A stretch of 64,000 nt of DNA from Sumerlaeia bacterium (lineage in GTDB: Bacteria > Sumerlaeota > Sumerlaeia > SLMS01 > JAHLLQ01), in assembly GCA_040219255.1 (NCBI GenBank), contig JAVJSW010000037.1, positions 128,001 through 192,000 of the forward strand, given 5' to 3'. Made by a program: the position numbers and the translations under genes. Below are positions 55,346 to 64,000 of this stretch, in pieces (positions within the stretch are counted from its first letter, which is position 1; each line of letters opens with the position of its first letter). The notes under the pieces were generated by a model. It was not told the DNA's origin. It did not search any database and saw nothing but the letters and a program-made list of their open reading frames with translations.

Positions 55346-56578
55346 ATGAATCAACCGCCGAATCCCCATGGCCAAAATCCCGGGCCCCCGAATCCTTCCT
55401 ATCCTCCGCAGGGAGCGCAGGGGCCGACGCCTCCGCCCCAGGGCCCGCAACGGCCTCCGGCGCCCTATGGCCCGATGCCTGGCGGTCCGCCGCCGCAGCA
55501 GCGCCCCGGCGGTTTCGCCCCGCCCCCATACGCCCAGCCGGGCGGCCGGCCTCCCTATCCGCCTCAGGCGCCGGGCGGGCGCAAACTCAAGCGTTCGCCC
55601 GTTCCCCTCATCATCGGCCTCGTGGTCCTGATGGTCTTCGTCGTGGGATCGCTCGTGGCGTTTGTGGGCGCGCTCTCCGCCACCGGCGGCGGTGCGGGCG
55701 GCGGCTTTTCCTTTGGCGACAAGATCGCCGTTCTCGATGTGGAAGGCCCCATCGGCGAAGGTCCCGCCTATTTCGCCGACAGCAAGACCCTGAAAAACCA
55801 GGTTCTGCGCTGGGCGGAAAACGATAGCGTCAAGGGTCTCGTGGTCCGTCTCAACACCCCCGGCGGAGCCGTGGCCCCGACGGAAGAAGTCTACGACGCC
55901 ATCGTGGAGTTCGGCAAAACCGGCAAACCGGTCTACGCCAGCATGGGCAGCGTCGCCGCCAGCGGGGGCTATTACCTCGCCATGGCGGCGGACCCCGGCC
56001 AGGTACACACCAACGGCGGCACCATCACGGGGTCGGTGGGCGTGATCCTGAACCTGATGGGTTATCAGGCTTTGATGGATAAGATCGGTTTGGAATCGCG
56101 CGTCATCAAGAGCGGCGAATTCAAGGACATCGGCAACGGCGCCCGCGACCTGACGGAAGCCGAGCGCGAGCTTCTCGATACCATGGTGGACGACGTGTAC
56201 GAGCAGTTCCTCGAGGTCGTCATGGAAGACCGTTACCAGGCGGTCCACGATCTGCTGACCAAGGCCGCCGGCCCCGGCGGCGACCCGGTGGAGGAAGCGG
56301 ACGTGGAAGCCTACCTGCGCACGTACTGCGACGGCCGCATCTTCAGCGGACGTCAGGCGGTGGAACTCGGCATGGCCGACAGCGTTTCGACGTTCGACGA
56401 AGCTCTCGACGCGATGCGCAAGCAACTGGGCATGGACAAGAACTCGCCCATCGTCCGCGCGCCGGTGCGGCCCCAGGGCCTCTTCGGTTCGATCAAGCAG
56501 CAGGTCAACACGATGCAGCAGGAACTGCCCGGCGGCGCGCCGCTCGGCCTCGAATACCGCATGGTGCTGGTCAAGTAA
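55346..56578 (+). CDS. sppA: signal peptide peptidase SppA (S49) with Pro-rich N-terminus
   Basis: NTPGG, VAASGGYY, TGSVGV, KSGEFKD, DGRIFSG.QA. Confidence 0.9.
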   Translation: MNQPPNPHGQNPGPPNPSYPPQGAQGPTPPPQGPQRPPAPYGPMPGGPPPQQRPGGFAPPPYAQPGGRPPYPPQAPGGRKLKRSPVPLIIGLVVLMVFVVGSLVAFVGALSATGGGAGGGFSFGDKIAVLDVEGPIGEGPAYFADSKTLKNQVLRWAENDSVKGLVVRLNTPGGAVAPTEEVYDAIVEFGKTGKPVYASMGSVAASGGYYLAMAADPGQVHTNGGTITGSVGVILNLMGYQALMDKIGLESRVIKSGEFKDIGNGARDLTEAERELLDTMVDDVYEQFLEVVMEDRYQAVHDLLTKAAGPGGDPVEEADVEAYLRTYCDGRIFSGRQAVELGMADSVSTFDEALDAMRKQLGMDKNSPIVRAPVRPQGLFGSIKQQVNTMQQELPGGAPLGLEYRMVLVK

Positions 56579-56624
56579 GAACCCTCCGGGCCCACGTCCC
56601 GGCAAGAAAGTCTGGAACACAGCC

Positions 56625-57020
56625 ATGGCCTTATCCCATCGCGCGCGGCGCGTGGAAGAACTCATCAAGGACACCGTGTCCGAAATCATCCAGCGCGACC
56701 TCAAGGATCCGCGCCTGCCCATGATTTTCTCCGTTACCCGGGTGCGCGTCACGCCGGACTTGCAGCAGGCCCGCGTGCTCTTCAGCCAGCTTCCCGATGA
56801 CGATGAAGCGGTCGAAGAAACCTACGAGCTGCTTGAGAGCGCCCGCGGATACATCCGGCGGGAGTTGGGCCACCGCATCACGTTGCGTTACGTTCCGGAA
56901 CTCGAATTCTCCTTCGATCCTTCGGTGCGCGAAACGCAACGCATCAGCCAATTGATCTCCGAGTCGGAAAAGAACGTTCCGGACTCGGGAGACGAGCCGA
57001 ACCCTTCGCGTCTCGACTAG
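56625..57020 (+). CDS. rbfA: ribosome-binding factor A
   Basis: R..RVEELI, KDPR, VTPDL..ARV, LRYVPEL.F..D. Confidence 0.93.
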   Translation: MALSHRARRVEELIKDTVSEIIQRDLKDPRLPMIFSVTRVRVTPDLQQARVLFSQLPDDDEAVEETYELLESARGYIRRELGHRITLRYVPELEFSFDPSVRETQRISQLISESEKNVPDSGDEPNPSRLD

Positions 57021-57285
57021 GCACGCCGCCGCGTTCTCGGCAGGCCCCCTAAGAAAAAGTCCAACTTCGCGGCGCACGGTCCAGTCAGGATCGTGCGCTT
57101 TTCTCTTTAAGTGCTGAAAAAACGAATGTTAGGTTCTTGGATCAGCTCCTTCTTCGCTTCTGGCATAACGTTTGAGTCTTCTTCCCGTCGGAAGTGGCGA
57201 AGCGCCATCCGGCATTTCGCCCCCTACCTTTCTCGAACACGCTAACAATCGAGATACAAATACCTTTTCCTAACTCAGAAGGAGT

Positions 57286-59403
57286 ATGGATATGAATCAC
57301 AAGAAATACATCGCCACCCTGTCCGCCTTTACGTTCCTCGTCAGCGCCTCCGCGATGCCGGCCATCGCCCAGGACACCCGCCCCGGTTCCTCCCAGTCCA
57401 TCCAGGAACGCAGCGAAGTGTCCCCCGGCTGGGAACGCGACCTCGGTCAGGCGAACCAGCAGTCCAATGCGAAGCGTGTCGAAACCTACGATCAACTTGA
57501 CCGCCGCCTGACCAAACTGCGCAGCGACGCCATCGAACTTCTGCGCCAAGCCCGCACCGAGGAAGACAACGACGACCTCGAAGACCGCATCGAAAAGGTG
57601 CGCGAGGAATTCGAAGACATCAAGGAATTGGTTCGCGAGATGGATGGCATCCAGGCCACCGGCATCCGTGACGCCCGCGCCCAGAACGGCCAGACCCGCT
57701 ATGGCATCCGCACCAAGGCCGATGGCTCCTCGGAAATCGTGGAAGAAGGCTCCTACGATTACGATGGCGGCTATGGCGAGACCGTGCAGCCGAACAGTGC
57801 CAAGACACGCGATGACTTGACGGTCGGCGGCGAGCGCCGCGAGGGCAACCAGGACGGCGCCGGCGTGACGAGCGACCGCCGCGTCAGCGACACCGCCGTC
57901 GCCAATCCCGGCGATTCCCAGACCTCAGGCCAGCGCGGTACCCAGGCCAGCCAGCGCGGCGGCCAGGGCCAGCAAGAGGCGCTCTACCTCTACGTCGTGG
58001 ATTTGGGCGAAAGTTTCGACCGGGCACTTGAGCGGAACCGAAACCAAGACGGCTCGCAAGCCACCGGTCGGCAGGGCCAAGCCGATCGCAACCGCGATCA
58101 GGCCCGCAACGCCCAGAACCGCGATTACGAGACCTCAGAGCGAGAGTTCACTCAGCAATTCGACCGCTTCCAGAGCCGGTTGCGTCAGGACCGCACGATG
58201 GCCCAGAACAACCAGGGCGATTGGAATCAGGGCCGCACCACTCAGCGCGACCAGCAGGACCGCTCGCAGTGGAACCGCAGCCAGGCCTCCGCTCAGCAGG
58301 GTGATGTCCAGCAGGTCTACAACGAAACCACCGAAATCCTGAAAGAAATCCGCCAGTCGGTGATGGAGATCGCCAGCACGACCGGTCTGGCCGAAGGGAC
58401 CAACCCGGTCGGGCAGTACGGGGGCGACGTCAATCGCGGTTCCACTCCGGGTGTCCAGACGGATGGCATGAATCAGCGGGAGCCCGGCATGCGGGACCGC
58501 AACAATCCCGGCACCATGGATCGCAACCTGCGCACCCAGCCCGGCTCCCCGGCGGACCGTGGCATGGGTAACACGCCAATGGGTGATCGCACCCTGGGCA
58601 CGGAAGATCGGAACGACCAGGGCATCTGGCAGCGCGACGATCAGACCCGCAGCGGCCAGCGCGAACAGGACCAGCGAGATTTGGGTCAGCGTGACCAGGG
58701 CCAGTGGAACCCGGACCAGAACGATCAGGCTTCCGTCGACAAGAGCCAGAAGCTCCAGCAGAAGTTCGACAAGCTGGATCAGAGCATCCGCGAACTGGAA
58801 AACGCTGTCATCAGCGGGTTGCGCGATGACGTTCGCGCTGGCGCCGCGCAGAACAACGAGAAGAGCGACGCCGTGCAGCAGATCAGCACCGACTTCATCC
58901 AGGCCCGGGAAATCAGCGGCATCATCGAAGCCACCGTCGTCAGCATGGCCCAGGCCAAGGGGACGATGAAGGACATCCGCAGTGGCGTGAACCAGATGGA
59001 GAACGATCTGAATTCGCTGAATCGCGACCAGCAGGGCCTCGATCCGGTCGTTCGGGCCTCTGACCCGCAGCAGCGCAACCGCGACATCCTCGTGAACGAG
59101 GACAACGAAATGGTTGCCTACGGCGAGCCCACCGGCCAGACCGGTCGTCAGGACAACGGGAATCGTCAGGGCCAGATGAACCGCACCGGTGAAAACACCG
59201 GTCAGACGGATCGGCGCGCCGGTGAGACCGGCCAGGACAGTTCAAGTCTCGACCGCCAGTTCAACCGCCTCGCCCGCCTGATTTACGGCGCGACCAGCGA
59301 CTACTACGCGGCCATTGGCGAGCAGAACCCCATCGAGCGTCCCCGCTTCGTCAGCATGGGCGGCGGTACTGCGGGCGAGCGCACGCTCCGCACGGTGCAG
59401 TAA
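57286..59403 (+). CDS. secreted low-complexity Q/R/D/N/G-rich protein
   Basis: AAGGAG RBS, signal peptide (..MPAIAQ), helical segments separated by disordered repeats. Confidence 0.8.
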   Translation: MDMNHKKYIATLSAFTFLVSASAMPAIAQDTRPGSSQSIQERSEVSPGWERDLGQANQQSNAKRVETYDQLDRRLTKLRSDAIELLRQARTEEDNDDLEDRIEKVREEFEDIKELVREMDGIQATGIRDARAQNGQTRYGIRTKADGSSEIVEEGSYDYDGGYGETVQPNSAKTRDDLTVGGERREGNQDGAGVTSDRRVSDTAVANPGDSQTSGQRGTQASQRGGQGQQEALYLYVVDLGESFDRALERNRNQDGSQATGRQGQADRNRDQARNAQNRDYETSEREFTQQFDRFQSRLRQDRTMAQNNQGDWNQGRTTQRDQQDRSQWNRSQASAQQGDVQQVYNETTEILKEIRQSVMEIASTTGLAEGTNPVGQYGGDVNRGSTPGVQTDGMNQREPGMRDRNNPGTMDRNLRTQPGSPADRGMGNTPMGDRTLGTEDRNDQGIWQRDDQTRSGQREQDQRDLGQRDQGQWNPDQNDQASVDKSQKLQQKFDKLDQSIRELENAVISGLRDDVRAGAAQNNEKSDAVQQISTDFIQAREISGIIEATVVSMAQAKGTMKDIRSGVNQMENDLNSLNRDQQGLDPVVRASDPQQRNRDILVNEDNEMVAYGEPTGQTGRQDNGNRQGQMNRTGENTGQTDRRAGETGQDSSSLDRQFNRLARLIYGATSDYYAAIGEQNPIERPRFVSMGGGTAGERTLRTVQ

Positions 59404-59455
59404 GACCCCTGGCGCTGATGCGCTGAGGCGCTAGCCAGAGAAAGCCACAGACGCC

Positions 59456-59498
59456 GAAGGGGCGCCCGCGGAGCAGATGCGCCGCGGGCGCTTTCTTC
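59456..59498. terminator. hairpin between convergent genes (probable bidirectional terminator)
   Basis: GCGCCCGCGG/CCGCGGGCGC stem flanked by GAAGG and TTTCTTC. Confidence 0.65.
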
Positions 59499-59501
59499 GT
59501 T

Positions 59502-60665
59502 TCAGGGCTGATACGGATTGGCGGGGGAGTAGAAGGGATTGGCGGTGCCATCGATCGTCAGGCGCACCGGCGTCTTGGGGCTCGTCATGGTGTTGAAATC
59601 GAAGGTATCGCCCGGCACCAGCTTCGTGCGCAGCACGTTGCGATAGATCAACGGCTGATTGGGCTGCACTTGAGTGGCGGTCGTCTGGTCGTCCTCGATC
59701 AGAACATAGGCTGCCCGGCCGGCGGAACTGTCTTGGGCGTCCACGTGGCCGATACCCTGGCTGTCGATGAAGATGGAGGTTTGCTCGTTCACGCCGACGC
59801 CGGCGATGCGGCCGGTGCGGCCGTCCTGGCGAAGCTGGGCCATGAAACCCATCAGGCGCCCGAGCCGATCGCGTTGCTCGAAATGGGTGTCGGTAATGAC
59901 GCTGTCAAGAATCGGCGCGTCGAGGAAGCGGCCCGAGATGGCCATCGTCTCGTCGTAGGGATTGGCGGCGGCGATTTCCGCCGTGGCGCTGTCCACGTTG
60001 TCGGGGTCGTAGATGAACTCGCCGAGGATTGCCAGACCGGCCGAGGTGCCGCCGATCACGGCGCCGCGCTCGAAGGCTTCCTGCATGGCGGATTGAAGCT
60101 TGGTGCCTTCCCAGGCGTTCAGGTAGGTGCTCTGATCGCCGCCGGCGAACCAGATCAGTTCGGCGCTGCGAACGACCCATTGCACGTAATCGCTGTTGGC
60201 TTCGGCCGGCTCGCGGATGCGAAGGGTTTCGACGGAATTGGGCTTCAATTCATCGCTGCGCATCTCGAAGAGGTAGTCGTTGTAGCCATCGGTGCCGCTG
60301 GTGCGCAACACGACCACGTCGCCGCCGTTGGCGACTTTGAGGGCGCGGTCGCGGAAGGCCTGCTCCACTTCCGTGCTGCCGCCCATCAGCAGCAATGCGG
60401 GACCGTCCTGAGGCACCACGCGGGCATCCGAGGGATCGCCGGTCAGCCAGATGCGGAAATCGCGATCCGTGGGCGGAGTCTCGGGCCGCGGACCGAAGTC
60501 CGGCGGTTCGCTCTCCAGGGGGGCACCGTAAACCATGAAGCCGGTGAACGAGGCGCCAAACGTGGCGGGCCCGCCCATGAAGGCGGCGATCAGCAGCGTC
60601 AGGCTGAGTTGAGAAAGTACCAGCGTTCGATTGAAAGTCACGGTTCGGAAATCCTTTGGAAGCAT
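59502..60665 (-). CDS. secreted cyanophycinase-like peptidase (S51)
   Basis: LMGG, FAGGDQ, GGTSAG nucleophile, DTHFEQRDRLGRL, VNEQT; N-terminal hydrophobic signal. Confidence 0.85.
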   Translation of the reverse strand: MLPKDFRTVTFNRTLVLSQLSLTLLIAAFMGGPATFGASFTGFMVYGAPLESEPPDFGPRPETPPTDRDFRIWLTGDPSDARVVPQDGPALLLMGGSTEVEQAFRDRALKVANGGDVVVLRTSGTDGYNDYLFEMRSDELKPNSVETLRIREPAEANSDYVQWVVRSAELIWFAGGDQSTYLNAWEGTKLQSAMQEAFERGAVIGGTSAGLAILGEFIYDPDNVDSATAEIAAANPYDETMAISGRFLDAPILDSVITDTHFEQRDRLGRLMGFMAQLRQDGRTGRIAGVGVNEQTSIFIDSQGIGHVDAQDSSAGRAAYVLIEDDQTTATQVQPNQPLIYRNVLRTKLVPGDTFDFNTMTSPKTPVRLTIDGTANPFYSPANPYQP

Positions 60666-60757
60666 CGAAGATCTTCTGTCGATGCGCTCTCGCGCACCCA
60701 GAGTCGCTTCCGGGAGTACGGCCCGCGAAGGGATTATTCAAGTGATAAAGTGAATGG

Positions 60758-61867
60758 CTAAAGGGATTTTTGCGGCCCTCTGGAAATCGCTTCCCGCGCC
60801 GCCTCGGTCACTTGGAGCGGCTCGAGCGTCCGCAGGCAACGCAGGTTCTCCTCCGCCGCCAGGGGGCAAACCGTCTTCCAGCACGGGACGCAGGGAAGGT
60901 GCTCTTGCTGGATTATGGGCCCCGCCGCCACCGGCCAGGGCCGGTTGCGATGGCCGTCCGACGCGCCGAAGATCGAAACCACCGGCACCCCTAGCAACCC
61001 CGCCAGGTGGGTCGGCCCGGTGTCGCCGCCGAGGAACAGCCCGCAGATGGAAATCAGCACCGCCAGCTCGCGGACGCTTGTGCGGGGCGCCACGATGGGC
61101 GCGATCTCCAGCGCCCTCAAGCGCTCCGCCACAGCGTCTCGCAAGGCTTCCTCGCCCGGGCCCCACAGAATCACCGGAGCGAACGCGCCGCCCTCGCAGA
61201 TCGGCGCGGCGGCCTCGGCGAAGTTCTCCGGTGGCCAGCGCTTGCTCGACCACCCGGCTCCCGGATTCAGCGCCAGCAGCGGCGTCGCGCCGTCCCAGCC
61301 CTCGGCTTTCAGCTTCTCGCCGATGGCGCGCCGCTCTTCATCCAGAATGCCGAGCCGTCCCGCCGCCGCCATGTCGGGTTCGATGCCCAGCCCGCGCAGC
61401 AGCGACAGGTTGCGCTCGACCACATGGCGGGCCGATGCGGGCGGGGAGACTTTTCGATTCGTGAAGAGTTTGTTGATTTCGCGGCCGTCCTTGTCGCCAT
61501 AGCCGACGCGGACGCGGGCGCCGCTGGCCCAGGCCACCAGCCCGGACTTCGACAGGCCCTGCAAATCCACCGCCGCGTCCCAGCCGTCGGCCTTCACGGT
61601 GCGGAAGTAGGGCTGGATTTCGGATCGGAAGAGTCTGCGGAAGTCCTTCTTCCAACGCTTCTTTGGGATCACGTAAACCTTGTCCAGGTCCGGGTGGTGC
61701 TGGAGCAGGGGGGCGCTCAGTTCTTCCACGATCCAGCCAAGTCGCGCCTCAGGCAGGGCTTTCCGCAGCGCGGCGAGCACCGGCAGCGCATGGATCACAT
61801 CGCCGATGGCCGAGAGACGGACAATCAGGACAGAGCGCAGGGTCTTGGGATCGATGGGTTTGGGCAC
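60758..61867 (-). CDS. LPS heptosyltransferase (GT9, WaaC/WaaF-like)
   Basis: RLSAIGDVIH, DLQGLSKS, HVVER, SKRWP, GDTGPTHLA. Confidence 0.9.
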   Translation of the reverse strand: MPKPIDPKTLRSVLIVRLSAIGDVIHALPVLAALRKALPEARLGWIVEELSAPLLQHHPDLDKVYVIPKKRWKKDFRRLFRSEIQPYFRTVKADGWDAAVDLQGLSKSGLVAWASGARVRVGYGDKDGREINKLFTNRKVSPPASARHVVERNLSLLRGLGIEPDMAAAGRLGILDEERRAIGEKLKAEGWDGATPLLALNPGAGWSSKRWPPENFAEAAAPICEGGAFAPVILWGPGEEALRDAVAERLRALEIAPIVAPRTSVRELAVLISICGLFLGGDTGPTHLAGLLGVPVVSIFGASDGHRNRPWPVAAGPIIQQEHLPCVPCWKTVCPLAAEENLRCLRTLEPLQVTEAAREAISRGPQKSL

Positions 61868-61879
61868 GGACAGGGCCTT

Positions 61880-62752
61880 CTAGGGAGCGAGAAATTGAGC
61901 CCGCGAGAGGCAAGAGTAGAGATCGAAGGCGGCGGCTTCCGATTCGACCCAGACGCGCTTTTCCGCGAGACGGGGCGAGCCGAGCGGACTCCGCGATGCG
62001 ACCTCCAACGACTCGCGCAGGAGCGCGCGAGAATCCGTCAGCGGCTGGCTCGCCTGTCCGAAGCGATCGTAAACGCTCAAGTGAGGATAGAGCCGGCGGA
62101 TCAGCCGAAGCAAGCGCCCAAAATCCTTCGGTCCGTCTTCTTCGACTTGCAGCGGGATGTGGCTCAGATCGCAGGAATCGCCCCGCAACCGGAACACGAC
62201 CCGCTCGCCCAGGAGGGAGAAATCCATCAGCCACTCGGTAGTCGCCGCCTGCGTTTCGCGCGTGACGTGCATGCCGCCGCCGAGGCTCTCTGGAGTCCGG
62301 CGTTCGGCCACTTCCCGAGCCGAGACGGCTCCAGCCACGAGGCAGAGAAACCCATCCGCCTCGATGCGCACTGGCTGGCGGTCCTTGGCTTTGAGCACCA
62401 ACGTGTTGTGATGCAACTCCAGGGAATCCAGCGGATGGGGCGAGAATCCGAGCAACTCCTCCGCCTCGATCAGGAACAGCGGCGCGGATACCAACCGGCC
62501 CCAGGCCACCCAGCGCTGGGCTTCGCGGCGGTCGCCGAACCGGAAGAGCAGCCGGGGCGCCGGAGCCATGAGGCGCTGCCGGGCTTCGAAGGGATCGAGG
62601 GCGAAGCCTTTGGCGTAGGCGGCGACGTGCTCTTCCCTCGGCGGATGGAGCAGAACGCCCTGCGCCACGAACCACTCGCGGTCGCTCCGGCCGGTGGCGG
62701 GAACGGTTACGGGCCGGAGTGCCCGGGCGGCGTCATCGAGGGGATCGGTCAT
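61880..62752 (-). CDS. hypothetical protein
   Basis: Fills gap in minus-strand operon; protein-like composition; ends FDLYS. Confidence 0.6.
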   Translation of the reverse strand: MTDPLDDAARALRPVTVPATGRSDREWFVAQGVLLHPPREEHVAAYAKGFALDPFEARQRLMAPAPRLLFRFGDRREAQRWVAWGRLVSAPLFLIEAEELLGFSPHPLDSLELHHNTLVLKAKDRQPVRIEADGFLCLVAGAVSAREVAERRTPESLGGGMHVTRETQAATTEWLMDFSLLGERVVFRLRGDSCDLSHIPLQVEEDGPKDFGRLLRLIRRLYPHLSVYDRFGQASQPLTDSRALLRESLEVASRSPLGSPRLAEKRVWVESEAAAFDLYSCLSRAQFLAP

Positions 62753-62776
62753 GCGGGGCGGGCGGCGCGTTGGCGC

Positions 62777-63691
62777 TCACTTCTGCGGCAGCGTCATCAC
62801 GTGCATCGTCTCGAACTGGCCGCCGATGCTACAGTTATTCACCAGCGTTCCCGTCAAATCGTAACCCGCCTTGTGGAAAATGCGCATGATGCCGACCTGG
62901 GTGGCGCGGGCGATGGTGTAGTAGCAGCGCGTGCCGAACTTCTCGGCGGCATCGCGCTCCAACGTCCGCAGCAGCCAATAGGCCAGGCCCTTGCCGCGTT
63001 CGCTGGGCAGCACGGCGAAATCTGTCATTTCGCTGTTATGAAGCTCCGGCGACGTTTCCGCCGACGCCGCGCCGACCAGCTTGCCGTCGCCGTTGCGGAT
63101 CAGGCGGTAGATGATGTGGCTCTTGGCGGTTTCCCTAAGGTATTCCGGATCGTCGATGGGAAAGGGGTAGGTGGCGAAGACGGTGCCGTAGAGGACGGCG
63201 AGGTCTTCCGCGTCGGCATCGGTGAAGAGGCTGGTCGTGTAGTCGGCGGGCAGGGGCTTCGGTTCGCCGCCGCGTCCGCCGGTGCGGGCCGTGTCGAGGA
63301 GGGCGCGCTGCTCCGCCTCGTGTTGCCATTGGCAGCGGAAATCGGTGAGGAATTGGGCCAGGATGTGCGCGTCTTCCTCGCCATGGAAGAACCCGGGGAT
63401 GGTGGCTTCCTTGACGAAGCCGTTGGCGAGGAACGGTTCGGCCTCGCTGGCGCGGGCTTTGACCCAGATCTTGCCGTACTCGTTGCGCGCAGCCACCTGC
63501 TTGAGGGCGGCAAGCAACGCCGCAACGTCTGGTCCGGCGTAATCGAGCAGCTGGATGCGCCGGTTGATAGGGCTCAGGATCATCTCGGCGCGAAAGGCAC
63601 CGGGCCGTTCCAGGGGGACTGTCACACCGTAGACGCTGGCGGCGGAGTCGGTGGTCCCGTCGGGCAGGACGACAGAAGCGGTCTGGGTCAT
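62777..63691 (-). CDS. putative beta-lysine N-acetyltransferase (AblB-like double GNAT)
   Basis: YGKIWVK, EATIPGFF.G.ED, VF.TYPFPI.DP.Y, EMTDFAVLP..RGKGLA, YTIARA, GTLVNN..IGG. Confidence 0.8.
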   Translation of the reverse strand: MTQTASVVLPDGTTDSAASVYGVTVPLERPGAFRAEMILSPINRRIQLLDYAGPDVAALLAALKQVAARNEYGKIWVKARASEAEPFLANGFVKEATIPGFFHGEEDAHILAQFLTDFRCQWQHEAEQRALLDTARTGGRGGEPKPLPADYTTSLFTDADAEDLAVLYGTVFATYPFPIDDPEYLRETAKSHIIYRLIRNGDGKLVGAASAETSPELHNSEMTDFAVLPSERGKGLAYWLLRTLERDAAEKFGTRCYYTIARATQVGIMRIFHKAGYDLTGTLVNNCSIGGQFETMHVMTLPQK

Positions 63692-63816
63692 TGGGGGCGG
63701 GGCCTTTCGAAAGGGTTCTGGCGGGTCCGTGTTTTCCTTGATCCGATGGCGGACCCGGGGTGAGATTGCTACCGGAAGCCAGCAGGACCATCCCCCTCCA
63801 TCGAATCGAGCGAACT

Positions 63817-64000
63817 ATGTGGCGAATACTGATCGTGGACGATGAAGACGACGTTCGGATGATTATCCGCACGACGCTTCAAGGCGAGTACGAATGCCTG
63901 GAAGCCCACGATGGCCTCGATGCGCTCGAGAAGCTCGCGCGCTATGAGCCCGATTTCGTGCTGATGGACGTGATGATGCCCCTGTTGGACGGCTTCGAGG
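63817..64000 (+). CDS. response regulator, N-terminal part (truncated by window edge)
   Basis: MWRILIVDDEDDVR...DGLDAL...PDFVLMDVMMPLLDGFE. Confidence 0.85.
   Translation, partial: MWRILIVDDEDDVRMIIRTTLQGEYECLEAHDGLDALEKLARYEPDFVLMDVMMPLLDGFE

Noticed and set aside
61007-63763. 918-aa plus-strand ORF
   Set aside because: Shadow of three minus-strand genes

Overview
GC-rich chromosomal window from a diderm bacterium (LolA, ExbBD, LPS heptosyltransferase). The secreted cohesin/dockerin/DxDxDG proteins resemble Candidatus Sumerlaeota (BRC1), but that taxon is inferred. Most of the ~57 genes are housekeeping or envelope genes (glmS, cdsA, tsaB, hflX, coaBC, tpx, htpG, purS/purQ, rbfA, sppA, a Tro-type Mn/Zn/Fe ABC transporter), plus tRNA-Lys(TTT) and several short low-GC insertions. 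No CRISPR array, prophage or transposase was seen. Most notable: (1) a ~400-nt highly structured non-coding region upstream of a slipin/SPFH gene. It contains a tRNA mimic with a perfect T-arm followed by a Leu(CAG)-like anticodon hairpin (arm order swapped) and a CCA, then a second domain closed by a 23-bp long-range stem. (2) An archaeal-type PolB2 putative mutasome operon (inactive RadA-like protein, small partner, PolB2, DUF72) with clamp-binding tails and an upstream palindrome. (3) A structured glmS leader that is not the glmS ribozyme and has a possible pseudoknot next to the start codon. (4) A FolK-TsaE fusion. (5) Dispersed short-period heptamer repeat elements. All calls come from reading motifs by eye; no searches were run.
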